DNA of 64,000 nucleotides from Gammaproteobacteria bacterium. GTDB lineage: Bacteria > Pseudomonadota > Gammaproteobacteria > Arenicellales > UBA868. Made by a program: the position numbers and the translations under genes. Below the pieces are notes generated by a model. It was not told the origin of the DNA. It ran no database searches and saw nothing but the letters and a program-made list of their open reading frames with translations. Each line of letters opens with the position of its first letter. The first letter of the stretch is position 1. Location of the stretch: positions 7,322 through 71,321 of the forward strand of contig JAAZYQ010000001.1 in assembly GCA_014239575.1 (NCBI GenBank), written 5' to 3'. Of this stretch, positions 37,322-48,197 are shown one piece after another.

Positions 37322-37711
37322 TTACGTCGCCAAAGCGTCACGGACCCGCTCAAGGCGGGATTTCACCTCGTTGGCCAGCGGCGCCATATCGCTTCGGCCG
37401 GTGACCCCCAGCACCACGGTCGGTTCGATAAAACCGACCGTGGTGGATCCGTCAGTTTCTTCCCTGACAATCACATTACACGGCAGCAGCAGGCCAATAT
37501 CCGGGTCGGCTTCCAGTGCCTGATGCGCCAATTGCGGATTACAGGCTCCCAGAATCCGGTAGGCGGTACGATCGATATCCAATTTCTTTTTCAAGGTCGC
37601 CTGAACATCGATCTCGGTCAATACCCCGAAACCCTCGTCAGCCAGCGCGCTGGTCACGGCATTGACTGCTTCTTCAACCGAACCCTTAAACGATGTGCTG
37701 AACCCATACAT
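37322..37711 (-). CDS. DUF302-domain protein (cytoplasmic type)
   Basis: EGFGVLTEIDV, YRILGACNP, GLLLPCNV. Confidence 0.88.
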   Translation of the reverse strand: MYGFSTSFKGSVEEAVNAVTSALADEGFGVLTEIDVQATLKKKLDIDRTAYRILGACNPQLAHQALEADPDIGLLLPCNVIVREETDGSTTVGFIEPTVVLGVTGRSDMAPLANEVKSRLERVRDALAT

Positions 37712-38181
37712 ATGATGTCTCCTTAAATTAATGAAAAAGCATGATGACGAGCGGCCACAACTGTGGCAGTAACGCCCCTAAACATCGCTCGCAAACGACC
37801 GTTAGCGCCAAGCAAGATCAGAAACTTTTCTGAGCGGCGCTAACCAACAAAAGATATTGCACCCAAGGGCTTATCTGGCCAAACAGGTGTCGGGTGTGTG
37901 CCCCTGAGTCCCGGCCTTAGCCCATTCGCCATCACCAAGGCACAGACCCCTGGCAGTCGCGGCAGCGGATCCCGGGCATATCATCGGCGGTTTGATTCGA
38001 CATCACGGCCTTGGCCACGATCGTCCTGAAAGTCAGTGCCATGCTGGTGACACAAGCGTTGGTCTTGAATCTGCTTGGCCGGGTTACCCGAGTTTCAGCG
38101 GGTACCGTCTGTCACACAAATCATGGCAGATATCTACCAACCGCTTGGCCGCACAGCACGGCGCCATCGTGGCAACAAACC

Positions 38182-38697
38182 CTATGGCGCGGGCTTACTC
38201 ATACCGGCCACCTCAAGCATTTTCTCGCGAACCAGATTCCAAAGGTCGCGTTGCTTCTGGTCCAGTATCTCGACCTGGTCTTGGTAGACCTGGATGCTGG
38301 ACTCGATTGACTGGCGTTGCAGATCGAAAATCCGGCCATAGATCTCACCGACGGCCGCTGGATCCGGTATGACGACAGCCAGTACCTTGCCGACCTCAGT
38401 AAAAGCATCTGCGATTTCCTTCATGCGCTGGGTGGATTCGGCCCGACCACGGGCCGCAATAGCGCCAATCTGGGTCAGTTGCTCCTCGGTCAGTTGCAGC
38501 GCGTGGAAAACCTGTGCCATTAACTGGTTGGGCATCGCCTGCATCCCGTATCCCGAGGGCATGGCTTGCTGAGGCATCATCATTGGCGCCATGCCGGGTT
38601 GTGTTGGCGGGGTCATACCCCATTGCGCCATTGCCGGCGCTGATGCAGCGAGGGATAAAACGAATAAAACTCGAGTCAGTTTCGGCCAGGTGCTCAT
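38182..38697 (-). CDS. Spy/CpxP-like periplasmic chaperone with Met-rich N-terminus
   Basis: Signal peptide; LQLTEEQ and ILDQKQ LTxxQ-like motifs; PDPAAV hinge. Confidence 0.75.
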   Translation of the reverse strand: MSTWPKLTRVLFVLSLAASAPAMAQWGMTPPTQPGMAPMMMPQQAMPSGYGMQAMPNQLMAQVFHALQLTEEQLTQIGAIAARGRAESTQRMKEIADAFTEVGKVLAVVIPDPAAVGEIYGRIFDLQRQSIESSIQVYQDQVEILDQKQRDLWNLVREKMLEVAGMSKPAP

Positions 38698-38841
38698 AAT
38701 TCTCTCCGGTGGTGTTGGTGCGGTGGCGAAATGCTATCGCGACACTATCAACTCTGATCAATACCCGGGCAGCGCACGTGGTGCGATCCCGGGCTTGCCT
38801 CGTGATCCGCCCGGTTCAACGGGGTCGTCATAAACGATCGA

Positions 38842-39438
38842 TCAATTCGACCCGGCCATCGGGCCCATACCCTGCAGCATCTTGGTCAGGTCCTCCATCG
38901 AAAGGCCGCCGCTCATCGGCGAGCTCGTCGGAAAACTGTACGCTGCCGGATTCAGCCACTGGCTGTAGGTGGCTGGGTTGACCAGTCCTGCGTAATTGCT
39001 GGGATTGAGACCTTGGAGGTAGGTCATCGGGTTGATAAACTGGCCATAGGACATCGGGTTGATCATCGGCATGTAGTTCGACGGATTAAGGTACGACGAG
39101 TACGAAAGCGGATTGATCCAGGAAACCCAGCTTCGCGGATTAGCGAACTGGGTGTAGAACTGAGGCGACAGAAACTGCTGGTACGCTGCCGGATTCATCA
39201 ACTGCGCATAGGTCGTCGGGTTCATAAACGCGGTGTAGCCACCGGGTTGAGCCATATTCAGCATGCCGCTGGGCTGTGGCGTATTAAAAAAGGCGCCGAG
39301 GCTTTGCGGCATGAACATACGGCTTAGCTCGCTGAGCGCGCTGGTGGCAGAATCCGTAACTTGCTGGGCAGACGCACTGATCGGGCCCAAAGCAAAAGAT
39401 GCCGCCATGACGGCGGCGAGTAAACGCTTGTTTGACAT
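38842..39438 (-). CDS. Secreted protein with ~12 tandem 9-aa xNPxxYxxx repeats (paralog 2)
   Basis: Signal ending ASA-QQ; MNPTTYAQL MNPAAYQQF...VNPATYSQW LNPAAYSFP; GAGGA RBS 8 nt before ATG 39438. Confidence 0.8.
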   Translation of the reverse strand: MSNKRLLAAVMAASFALGPISASAQQVTDSATSALSELSRMFMPQSLGAFFNTPQPSGMLNMAQPGGYTAFMNPTTYAQLMNPAAYQQFLSPQFYTQFANPRSWVSWINPLSYSSYLNPSNYMPMINPMSYGQFINPMTYLQGLNPSNYAGLVNPATYSQWLNPAAYSFPTSSPMSGGLSMEDLTKMLQGMGPMAGSN

Positions 39439-39606
39439 AGTCACTATCCTCTTTCAATTCGCGACGAAATAACAGGGTCGGGGGTAGACACGCTAAGGCG
39501 CTCACCACATCGACTGCGATTCGAACTATTGACCAGCCGCCAGGAATACCCGTGATTGACGTAGGAAAACCCGGTAGCGTGGTGTCGATTATAATCCGTT
39601 TATAAT

Positions 39607-39636
39607 AATATAATAAAACTCCTATTTGGATGTCAA
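39607..39636 (-). promoter_or_regulatory. Putative sigma-70 promoter for repeat-protein paralog 2
   Basis: TTGACA (39636-39631), 17-18 nt spacer, TTATAT/TATATT in an AT-rich island. Confidence 0.45.
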
Positions 39637-39720
39637 GGGTTTTCGCCACTTGACCGAAACACCGGACGCGACCGAGCCGGCGGCGACATGGGCCAAAAGG
39701 AAAGAACAAAGGAAAATAAT

Positions 39721-40539
39721 TTATTTCAGTACTTTATGCTCTAACACTGGAAATTGGCGACGCTTTTTACGTGCCCGATCCCGGTCGACCTCGGCCAGTA
39801 TCACACCCGGGCCACCCATGTGCTCGGCGAGAATATCGCCCCATGGGTCAATGATCAGGCTGTGACCAAAAGTCTTGCGTTTACCCGAGTGCGTGCCGAC
39901 CTGGGCCGGGGCAATCACCCAGGCCAGGTTTTCTACGGCCCGGGCTTGCAACAGGGTGTGCCAGTGTGCCTGGCCTGTAGGTACGGTAAAAGCCGAAGGC
40001 ACGGTAAAAATTTCGGCGCCGGCTTCTCCCAGGTATCGGTACAGTTCGGGAAATCGCAAGTCATAACAGATGGTGATACCCAGTGTAAGGCCTTCAGTGG
40101 TCACGGCAAGCGGGCTGTCGCCCGATGCGATATAGCTCGACTCCTGATAGGACTCCTCGGCTGAGACGCTAACATCAAATAGATGCATCTTGTCGTAGCG
40201 GCCGATTCTTTCGCCTGCACGATCGAATACCAGACAGGTATTGGTGACTCGCCCATCGGCGGCGGGTAAGGGTGTCGAGCCACCGACAATAACCACCCCC
40301 TGCTCCCGGGCGGCCCGGGAGAGCATGGCTTCGACCTCATCAGCTCGCTCGGCCGCCTCGCGGCGCTGGCTGCCGGTGGCGCACATCAATGAAAAATTCT
40401 CGGGCAACACCACGATGTCCGCACCGGCCGCACCGGCCTGCTCAATAAAGCCTCGTGCACAATCGAGGTTCTCTTGGAGCACCGCAGTCGAGCTCATCTG
40501 TACGGCCGCAAAAATCAGTTTCTGATTTGAATCGCTCAT
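39721..40539 (-). CDS. Carbon-nitrogen hydrolase (Nit1/YbeM-like)
   Basis: LPENF, YDKMHLFD, ICYDLRFPEL catalytic triad motifs. Confidence 0.9.
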   Translation of the reverse strand: MSDSNQKLIFAAVQMSSTAVLQENLDCARGFIEQAGAAGADIVVLPENFSLMCATGSQRREAAERADEVEAMLSRAAREQGVVIVGGSTPLPAADGRVTNTCLVFDRAGERIGRYDKMHLFDVSVSAEESYQESSYIASGDSPLAVTTEGLTLGITICYDLRFPELYRYLGEAGAEIFTVPSAFTVPTGQAHWHTLLQARAVENLAWVIAPAQVGTHSGKRKTFGHSLIIDPWGDILAEHMGGPGVILAEVDRDRARKKRRQFPVLEHKVLK

Positions 40540-40556
40540 CGGGGGGAGGACACGGC

Positions 40557-42065
40557 TTACATCAGCACCACGTCGTAACTTTCCTGGTTGTGCGCCGGCT
40601 CGACCTGAAGATGTATCGGCTTGCCGATGAATGCCTGCAGATCGCCAAGCCCAGTCGACTCCTCATCCAGCAGCATGTCGATCACGGCCTGCGACGCCAT
40701 GACCCGGTAACCTTTGGCCTCGAATGCACGCGCTTCACGCAGAATCTCTCGAAAGATCTCGTAACACAGGGTCTGCGCTGTTTTCTGCGTGCCGCGGCCC
40801 TGACAGGTTGGACAAGTCTCGCTCATCATACGCTCGAGACTCTCGCGGGTCCGCTTGCGGGTTACCTCGACCAATCCCAGTGCCGACATGTCCGCAATAT
40901 GACAACGTGTCCGGTCCCGCGCGAGCGCACGCTCGAATGCACTCATGACCTGGCAACGGTGTTCCTCATCGACCATGTCGATAAAATCGACGATGATAAT
41001 CCCACCGATATGACGCAAACGCAGTTGCCGGGCGATCGCCTGGGCCGCCTCCATATTGGTCTTGAACAGCGTCTCTTCCAGATTACGCTTGCCAACAAAA
41101 CCCCCGGTATTGACATCTACTGTGGTCATCGCCTCAGTCTGGTCAAAGACCAGTGAGCCTCCCGACTTCAGTAACACCGTGCGCTCCAACGACCGCTGGA
41201 TTTCGTCTTCTACCGAGTAAAGATCAAAGATCGGCCGCTCACCGGGGTAATACTCGATTCGATCAACCATCTCGGGCATCAGATCAATGGCGAACTGGCG
41301 CACCATGGCAAAGGTCTCCCGTGAATCCACCCGAACCTTTTCGACATCGTCGCGCGCGAGATCCCGGATCACCCGTAATGACAACGGCAGATCAGCATGG
41401 ATCAGATCGCCAGCGCGGGCAGTCGCCATTTTCTTCTCGATCTGTTCGCGGCTGCGACGCAGAAATTCTACGTCTGCCAAAAAATTAACGCCCTGCTGTG
41501 ATTCGGCTGCGGTACGCACGATGAAACCCCCGCTCATTGGCGATTTTTCCAAGGCGGCATCTAGAGTCTGGGCTAAACGGTCTCGTTCATCGACATCCTG
41601 GATACGCTGGGAAATCCCCCGGTGCGACGAATCGGGCAAAAGGACCAGATGACGCGATGGAATCGATAGCTGCGTGGTCAACCGTGCACCCTTGCTGCCG
41701 ATCGGATCTTTCACAACCTGAACCACAATCTCCTGCCCTTCATGAACCAACTCGCTGATGTCCGGCTGATGCCCAGCCAGGTGCTGCGCCCCAGCGTGGA
41801 GCTCTTTGTTGTCGCCATTGGCAAGCCGGCTACCGCGGTGCGATAGCATGTCGGCTGCGTGCAAAAAGGCGGTGCGCTCGAGGCTGGCATCAATGAAAGC
41901 GGCCTGCATACCGGGCAATACCCGCACGACCTTTCCCTTGTAGATATTGCCGACAATACCGCGGCTGCGGCTGCGCTCTATATGCACTTCCTGCAGGTTG
42001 CCATTCTCGATCACCGCTACCCGGATTTCCTGGGGCGTCACATTGACCAGCAACTCTTCACTCAT
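40557..42065 (-). CDS. rng: Ribonuclease G
   Basis: GNIYKGKV, LPGMQAAF, TEAMTTVDVNTG, CPTCQGRG; start overlaps maf stop. Confidence 0.95.
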   Translation of the reverse strand: MSEELLVNVTPQEIRVAVIENGNLQEVHIERSRSRGIVGNIYKGKVVRVLPGMQAAFIDASLERTAFLHAADMLSHRGSRLANGDNKELHAGAQHLAGHQPDISELVHEGQEIVVQVVKDPIGSKGARLTTQLSIPSRHLVLLPDSSHRGISQRIQDVDERDRLAQTLDAALEKSPMSGGFIVRTAAESQQGVNFLADVEFLRRSREQIEKKMATARAGDLIHADLPLSLRVIRDLARDDVEKVRVDSRETFAMVRQFAIDLMPEMVDRIEYYPGERPIFDLYSVEDEIQRSLERTVLLKSGGSLVFDQTEAMTTVDVNTGGFVGKRNLEETLFKTNMEAAQAIARQLRLRHIGGIIIVDFIDMVDEEHRCQVMSAFERALARDRTRCHIADMSALGLVEVTRKRTRESLERMMSETCPTCQGRGTQKTAQTLCYEIFREILREARAFEAKGYRVMASQAVIDMLLDEESTGLGDLQAFIGKPIHLQVEPAHNQESYDVVLM

Positions 42066-42673
42066 TGCACATTCCCATTCTGCTGCCAGCGCGGCCAGAT
42101 ACCCACAGCAGCCAGCAGGCCAGCGGTTTCGCAAAGCGGCAAACCCATCACCGCTGAATAACTGCCGGATAAGCACTGCACAAACACCCCGGCAAAGCCC
42201 TGAATCGCATACCCCCCTGCTTTGTCCAAGGGTTCGCCGGTGGCACAGTAGGCCTGTATATCCTGATCAGAAAACGGTCGAAATGTTACCGTACTCGTCA
42301 CAACCTGCGAATGCAGTTCTGGGCCCGCTGCCACCGTGATCGCGGTCAGCACTTCGTGGGAGCGCCCGGAAAGGCCTGACAGCATCTCCTTTGCATGGGC
42401 GGCATTGCTCGGCTTGCCCAGCACCTGGGCATCGGCCACCACAACCGTATCAGCACCAAGACAGACCAGGGGCCGGCTGGGCGTATCTGCCATAGCCGTG
42501 GTTGCGGCCTGTGCCTTGGTGATGCTGAGTCGTTCGACCAGTGCCTGGGGCGATTCTCCAGGCTGCGCTGACTCATCGACCTTGGGCGTAAACACCAAAA
42601 AATCAAACCCGGCCTGGCGCAACAATTCCCCCCGGCGAGGCGACTGCGAGGCCAGACACAAGCGCGTGCTCAT
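42062..42673 (-). CDS. maf: Maf nucleotide pyrophosphatase
   Basis: LASQSPRR, GADTVV, LGKP, DKAGGYAIQG. Confidence 0.93.
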   Translation of the reverse strand: MSTRLCLASQSPRRGELLRQAGFDFLVFTPKVDESAQPGESPQALVERLSITKAQAATTAMADTPSRPLVCLGADTVVVADAQVLGKPSNAAHAKEMLSGLSGRSHEVLTAITVAAGPELHSQVVTSTVTFRPFSDQDIQAYCATGEPLDKAGGYAIQGFAGVFVQCLSGSYSAVMGLPLCETAGLLAAVGIWPRWQQNGNVQ

Positions 42674-43152
42674 GATACCCGTCCCGATCGGTGATACGGC
42701 AATCCCGCCAGAATCGCATGGGCCCGGTAGAGTTGTTCGGCGATTACAACCCGCACCAGCGGATGGCCCAAAGTCAGCGCTGACAGCGACCAGCATTCAT
42801 CAGCCGCATCGAGCACCTCGGCGGATAATCCCTCGGCACCTCCCACCAGCAGAGCCGCATCGCGACCATCGCTCAGCCATTGTCCAAGATGCTTGGCCAA
42901 CGATTCAGAATCGTAGGTGCGCCCCGCCGGATCGAGTGCGATGCAACGCCAACCGGACGGTACCGCCCGCAACAGGCGTTCGCCCTCCTCACGCACCAGT
43001 CGCACAATATCCACATTACGCGTGCGCCGGGACGCATCGATCTCGACCAGCTCCAGGCTAAAACCAGCACGCAGGCGACCGGCGTAATCAACAAACCCCT
43101 GACTGACCCAGGGCGGCATACGCCGACCGATCGCAATCAGTTTCAGTTGCAC
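42670..43152 (-). CDS. rlmH: 23S rRNA pseudouridine-1915 N3-methyltransferase
   Basis: GGAEGL, SLSALTLGHPLVR, EQLYRA, PYHR. Confidence 0.93.
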   Translation of the reverse strand: MQLKLIAIGRRMPPWVSQGFVDYAGRLRAGFSLELVEIDASRRTRNVDIVRLVREEGERLLRAVPSGWRCIALDPAGRTYDSESLAKHLGQWLSDGRDAALLVGGAEGLSAEVLDAADECWSLSALTLGHPLVRVVIAEQLYRAHAILAGLPYHRSGRVS

Positions 43153-43156
43153 AACT

Positions 43157-43543
43157 TCAACCGTCTGCCTGGCTTTCTCTTGCGCTTTTGAGCCGCGATC
43201 CCAAACGGTCATTCCACAAACCTTCGATATCGTAAAAACTCCGAGTCGCGGGCAGCATCAGGTGCACTATCAGGTCATCGAAGTCCAGCAAGACCCACTC
43301 ACCGTTATTCTCGCCTTCGACACCGATCGGCTTGAAACCTTGCTTTGTCGCCGCGGCACGCAGTCGCGACGCCAAGGCCAGCACGTGCCGGCTCGAGGTA
43401 CCACTGGCCACAATCATCCAGTCAGCGATCTCGGTCAGGCCACGGATATCCAGTTCCTGAATACTCTCGGCCTTAGCGTCATCTAGTTCCTGGGTAATCC
43501 ATTGGCGTATATCTGCCAAGGGCAGTTCGGGTGATTTACTCAT
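43157..43543 (-). CDS. rsfS: Ribosome silencing factor
   Basis: ASGTSSRHV, WVLLDFDD, RSFYDIEGLW. Confidence 0.93.
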   Translation of the reverse strand: MSKSPELPLADIRQWITQELDDAKAESIQELDIRGLTEIADWMIVASGTSSRHVLALASRLRAAATKQGFKPIGVEGENNGEWVLLDFDDLIVHLMLPATRSFYDIEGLWNDRLGSRLKSARESQADG

Positions 43544-44177
43544 AAAGTCCATGTTCCTCTATGTATTGGGCAATGGCAACCGGCACTTGCCGGTCTATGG
43601 TCTTGCCACCGGCAAGGGCAGTCCGGACCATGGCGGCTGATATATCCACGGCCGGCACTTCAATCGTTGTCATCCACCCGGCTTCGTGCAGTGTCATATC
43701 GTCAGCACCGGCAAGATCCCCAGCAACCCACCACGGCGGCAATGGATTCGGTAACGACCAGCCGGGGCGGAACATCACCAGAATGCTTGCCAGTTGCAAA
43801 ACCTCTTCCCACTGGTGCCAATCGGGCAATGCCAAAGCCGCGTCCAGCCCCAATGCCAGACACAAACATCGGTCCGGGTGCTGTGTTTTGAGTTCTGCCA
43901 GGCTGAGGACCGTATAGGACGGCCCCGGGCGGTGCAGTTCACGCGTGTCGATAACAAAACGAGGTTCTGGGGCGATCGCTATCTTCAGCATCGCCAGGCG
44001 TTGTTCTGCGCTCGCCACAGGCGCGGGCCGGTGCGGCGGCTGGCCAGCGGGCAACCATAAAACTTGAGCCCCGCCAAGTCGATCACTGACCGCCGTGATG
44101 GTGTGCAGGTGTCCCAGGTGCACCGGATCAAAGGTGCCACCGTAAACGATCAGCGGCGCGTTGGGCGATTCAGACAA
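43536..44177 (-). CDS. nadD: Nicotinate-nucleotide adenylyltransferase
   Basis: GGTFDPVHLGH, PPHR, GPSYT, ISAAMVR. Confidence 0.93.
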   Translation of the reverse strand: MSESPNAPLIVYGGTFDPVHLGHLHTITAVSDRLGGAQVLWLPAGQPPHRPAPVASAEQRLAMLKIAIAPEPRFVIDTRELHRPGPSYTVLSLAELKTQHPDRCLCLALGLDAALALPDWHQWEEVLQLASILVMFRPGWSLPNPLPPWWVAGDLAGADDMTLHEAGWMTTIEVPAVDISAAMVRTALAGGKTIDRQVPVAIAQYIEEHGLYE

Positions 44178-44197
44178 AGAGGCGATGCCGGAGTGGC

Positions 44198-45478
44198 TCA
44201 GGGGCGGATGCTGCCGTCACCATAGACGATATATTTCTGAATGGTCAGCCCTTCAAGCCCAACCGGTCCGCGCACATGCAGCTTGTCGGTACTGATGCCG
44301 ATTTCGGCACCCAGGCCATATTCAAAACCATCGGCAAATTGTGTTGATGCATTGACCATGACTGAACTGGAATCAACCTCGCACACAAAACGCCGACTCT
44401 TGGGCAAATTATCGGTGACGATGGCATCTGTGTGCCCGGAACCGTAACGCGCGATATGGTCCATTGCCTCGTCCAGAGTATCGACAATGCGCACGGCCAG
44501 TACCGGGGCAAGAAATTCGCTCTGCCAGTCAACCTCACTGGCGACGGTGCATTCGGGCGCCAAAGCGCGGGTACGTTCACAGCCGCGCAGTTCTACTCCG
44601 GCTTCTCGATACCGGGGCAGGAGCTTTTCAAGCACAGCAGGGGCGATACCCGCACCCAGCAGCAAAGTCTCCATAGCACCACAGATGCCGTAGCGGCGAC
44701 ACTTGGCATTGAAGGCAATATCCACGGCTTTCAAAAGATCGGCGTCATCATCAATAAAGACATGACAGTTGCCATCCAGGTGCTTGATCACTGGCACCTG
44801 CGATTCGGCACTGACTTTTTCGATCAGGCTCTTACCGCCCCGAGGCACAATGACATCAATGTATTGTGGACTGGTCAGCATGGCACTAACCACAGCGCGG
44901 TCAGCCGTTTGCAACACCTGAATTGCGCTTGTCGGCAAATCGGCATCGGCAAGCCCTTGAGACAGACACTCGCCAATGGCGCGGTTCGAGTTCAACGCTT
45001 CTGACCCGCCACGCAAGATCGCTGCATTGCCTGATTTCAAACACAATCCAGCAGCATCAGCCGTCACATTAGGACGCGACTCGTAGATGATGCCAATCAC
45101 CCCCAGAGGCACCCGCATACGCCCTACGGTAATGCCTGAAGGCTGCGTGCTCATCCCGCTGACCTCTCCCACCGGATCTGGCAGGCGGGCAATCTGGGTC
45201 AATCCTTGGGCCATGGCGTCAATACGGGCCGGAGTCAATTCAAGCCGATCCAGTAGCGCCTCTGACAAGCCGGCTGACCGAGCCGCCTTGAGATCCGCAG
45301 CATTGGCCTCGCCAATGTGCTGCCGGGCGCTCAGAATCTGCTGCGCCATAGCTTCCAATGCGGTATTTTTTTGCCCCGTGCTAGCCCTGGCCACCCATCG
45401 GGCCGCCGAACGGGCCGCCTGACCTGACTCATCCATCCAGTCGCTGATCTCGCCCGATACCATGGATATTTTATTCAT
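44198..45478 (-). CDS. proA: Gamma-glutamyl phosphate reductase
   Basis: [39 protein letters not shown]. Confidence 0.96.
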   Translation of the reverse strand: MNKISMVSGEISDWMDESGQAARSAARWVARASTGQKNTALEAMAQQILSARQHIGEANAADLKAARSAGLSEALLDRLELTPARIDAMAQGLTQIARLPDPVGEVSGMSTQPSGITVGRMRVPLGVIGIIYESRPNVTADAAGLCLKSGNAAILRGGSEALNSNRAIGECLSQGLADADLPTSAIQVLQTADRAVVSAMLTSPQYIDVIVPRGGKSLIEKVSAESQVPVIKHLDGNCHVFIDDDADLLKAVDIAFNAKCRRYGICGAMETLLLGAGIAPAVLEKLLPRYREAGVELRGCERTRALAPECTVASEVDWQSEFLAPVLAVRIVDTLDEAMDHIARYGSGHTDAIVTDNLPKSRRFVCEVDSSSVMVNASTQFADGFEYGLGAEIGISTDKLHVRGPVGLEGLTIQKYIVYGDGSIRP

Positions 45479-45482
45479 CGTT

Positions 45483-46529
45483 TCAATGATTTATAGCGTA
45501 ATTCGCATCAAGCGTATTTATACCACAAAGCGTTAGTACGACTCGCTCCAGTTCGGCCCAGACGCCCCCAGGCGCCTGACGCTGGCCTTTGAGTACCTGA
45601 TCGGCAATCGCCAGACCATGCAGCACGCGCGCCCACTGGGCGGTGTCCAATCGAGTCAAGGCCGCCGAGATACAGGACATCCGGCTACGCCATACCCGGT
45701 GCTGCTGGTACACCGACTGACGGCTGGCCCCTGCGGCCAGTTCGATGGCCATCTTGTATAGGGCGCGGGTCTCGCGCGCCAGTGCCCAACTCACTAACAC
45801 CGCTTCAGAGCCCTCCCGGCGCAAACCGTACAACATACGCAAGGCGTGCGGTGCATTACCCGCCAGCGCCGCATCGGCCAATGCAAAAACCGAAAAGCGG
45901 GCTTGGTCACTGACCAGAGTGTCGAGCAGTGTTTCGTCAAGTTCCCGGTCCGGTCCAAGTAACAAAGGCAGTTTGCTGATCTCCTGCGCTGCGAACAACA
46001 GGTTTCCCTCTGAATAATAAGCCAGGCGCTCTATCGCCCCACGGGTCGCGTTAATGCCCTGCGCGCGCAGGCGCTGGTCGATCCAGCCCGGCAGTTGTGC
46101 CAGGGCCACCGCCCGCGCCTCAACCGCGATCCCATGCGATTCGAGCGCCTTGAACCACTTGCTGGACTGTGTACTCTTGTCAACACGACCCAGAATCAAT
46201 ACCAGATGCGTACTCGGGTCGCTGTCGGCAACAAAGTCGTTGAGCGTGCGCACCCCCGCGTCCCCAGGCTTGCCGCTGGGCAGGCGAATTTCCAGTAAAC
46301 GAGCGCTGGCAAACAATGACAGCGATCGACTGGCGCTGTTGATCTGCTGCCAGTCCAGATCCACTCCGGCGGTATAGCGCAGTATCTCCTCCACCCCATG
46401 CTGGCGCGCCGCAGCACGAATAGCATCGGCACTTTCTTCAATCAGTAGTGGCTCGGCACCAAATAACAGGTAGGTATTATCCAGTCCCTTGCCAAGACGG
46501 CCAGTGAGGGCGGGGGGGGCTATGCGCAA
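45483..46529 (-). CDS. holA: DNA polymerase III delta subunit
   Basis: [30 protein letters not shown]. Confidence 0.92.
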   Translation of the reverse strand: MRIAPPALTGRLGKGLDNTYLLFGAEPLLIEESADAIRAAARQHGVEEILRYTAGVDLDWQQINSASRSLSLFASARLLEIRLPSGKPGDAGVRTLNDFVADSDPSTHLVLILGRVDKSTQSSKWFKALESHGIAVEARAVALAQLPGWIDQRLRAQGINATRGAIERLAYYSEGNLLFAAQEISKLPLLLGPDRELDETLLDTLVSDQARFSVFALADAALAGNAPHALRMLYGLRREGSEAVLVSWALARETRALYKMAIELAAGASRQSVYQQHRVWRSRMSCISAALTRLDTAQWARVLHGLAIADQVLKGQRQAPGGVWAELERVVLTLCGINTLDANYAINH

Positions 46530-46565
46530 AAAGATCTCCGGCCTAAGTTACGCCACCGAGAGTGA

Positions 46566-47087
46566 TCAGACTGGGACAACCAGACCCACCGCAGGCAACT
46601 GGATATTCAAGGCAACACGGCTCAGCCGCCGGATAATCCGGCCTACGATCTCGTTACGCATGGAGGCCTTTAGCACTTTCTCTTCCTCTTTCTTTTGTAA
46701 TAACTGAGCGCTCTGGTAGATGAGATCACGACTGAATGACAATTGACTGTTAGGAATCAGCACCTGACCTGTGGGCTCGACAACACGATAGATCACGTTG
46801 TACTGCAAGGTGTAGCCAGTGGCAATGCCTTTGCTATCGACAGATTTGACTGAACGGCTGTATTCCACAGTGGTCAGATCAATAAACACCGTGGCGGCCG
46901 CTGAATCCTTAACCGGGTTAACGCCGCTTTGGCGCAGACCCCGGCGCAGGTGGGTGACCAACTCTGGATCCTGACCCGTAACCCACGGTGTTGCCATGAC
47001 AGAAGCCAGTTCAACCTGCCCACGCAGGTGAAACCCGCACCCGAACAGCACGGTCGAAAGAAAAAGTAGAAATAGAGCTCGAATCAT
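46566..47087 (-). CDS. lptE: LPS assembly lipoprotein LptE
   Basis: Lipobox LFGCGFHLRG; upstream of holA. Confidence 0.9.
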   Translation of the reverse strand: MIRALFLLFLSTVLFGCGFHLRGQVELASVMATPWVTGQDPELVTHLRRGLRQSGVNPVKDSAAATVFIDLTTVEYSRSVKSVDSKGIATGYTLQYNVIYRVVEPTGQVLIPNSQLSFSRDLIYQSAQLLQKKEEEKVLKASMRNEIVGRIIRRLSRVALNIQLPAVGLVVPV

Positions 47088-47522
47088 GGTTTCAACCAAT
47101 CGTGACAAAGAGGTGTTGACAAAAGCCGGGTCAGGTAGATGCGGCGATTATAACGACGCACGAGATCAAGCGACGATGAACAATCGACCCCAGGGGGGTC
47201 AAGGCTCGTTTTCCTCGATCGCGCTTGGAAGCGACATCCACTGACCGGACTCTCATTTTCAATCTTCTGGTCAATCACATCAGCCATCGCTGCAGGCGCC
47301 TTCTTAGCCTACCCACTGACGCCGATGTTCTCCCCCGACTGCCAATACCCGTCCCAGCGCTTCAGCGCGGAGCGACACCGGAATCGATTCAGTCCAAACC
47401 GGTCGATCCAGCACGCGACGGCCGGGCAGCGAATCAGTGCTGGAGATCAGCCAGGCTTATACGGTACATTACCGGGAGGCGTGAAGGTCAACCACTGTCC
47501 TTGCAAGCGCGAGGAATACATC

Positions 47523-48197
47523 ATGCGCGATACCACTATAGAAAACGACCGTCAGGCGCTCAGCCAATGGCTGACCGAGCGGCCGGATACCACATCGGTG
47601 GCAAACTTTGTTTCCGGCCCTGGCATCTCCAAGCTATCGCTTCGATTCGATATCACCCGCCTACGCGAGGCGCTGGACCAATGCCTGGCGCGACACGATT
47701 TCATGGGTGACATGCAGGCACAAGGCTTCGCCGCCCTGCCACTGACCCGCAACCCGGATATGCCCAACATCAGCGCCAACGATCTTTCCGGGCGCTACTG
47801 GCTGCGACCAGACGACAGTTACCAGGAAGTGGTCCGCGAGGAACCCGTTGATGAAGCATTGTTCAGTGAGTTTGATCCCCTGTTTGCCGATACCTACTTT
47901 GAGCAGGTGCACGCAGCGCTGAGCGCACGTTTTACCGTTGGCCGTATGCGAGTGCTGTCAAAGGGAGTGTACAACTGCAACAGTTGGCACCGTGATCCCG
48001 AACCACGGATTCATATCCCCATCATCAGCAACCCGGGAGCACTGTTTGTCGTCAACCATCACGTGACCCACCTGCCAGCCGATGGCTCGGCCTACTTCAC
48101 AGATACGCGGGGCTATCACACTGGCTTAAACGGCGGAGAACACCGGCGGGTACATATCGTTGCGGCGGTAGCGAAAAGCTATCAAACAGATCACTGA
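47523..48197 (+). CDS. Aspartyl/asparaginyl beta-hydroxylase-like Fe(II)/2OG oxygenase
   Basis: SWHRDPEPRIHIPI (HxD), YHTGLNGG, RVHIV; GAGGA RBS before ATG 47523. Confidence 0.75.
   Translation: MRDTTIENDRQALSQWLTERPDTTSVANFVSGPGISKLSLRFDITRLREALDQCLARHDFMGDMQAQGFAALPLTRNPDMPNISANDLSGRYWLRPDDSYQEVVREEPVDEALFSEFDPLFADTYFEQVHAALSARFTVGRMRVLSKGVYNCNSWHRDPEPRIHIPIISNPGALFVVNHHVTHLPADGSAYFTDTRGYHTGLNGGEHRRVHIVAAVAKSYQTDH

Noticed and set aside
40539-40557. No yhdP between rng and nit
   Set aside because: Ordinary gene-order variation; cannot be judged from one window
47109-47522. Possible riboswitch upstream of the hydroxylase gene
   Set aside because: No recognisable TPP, cobalamin, SAM, glycine or ZTP consensus; needs cmscan
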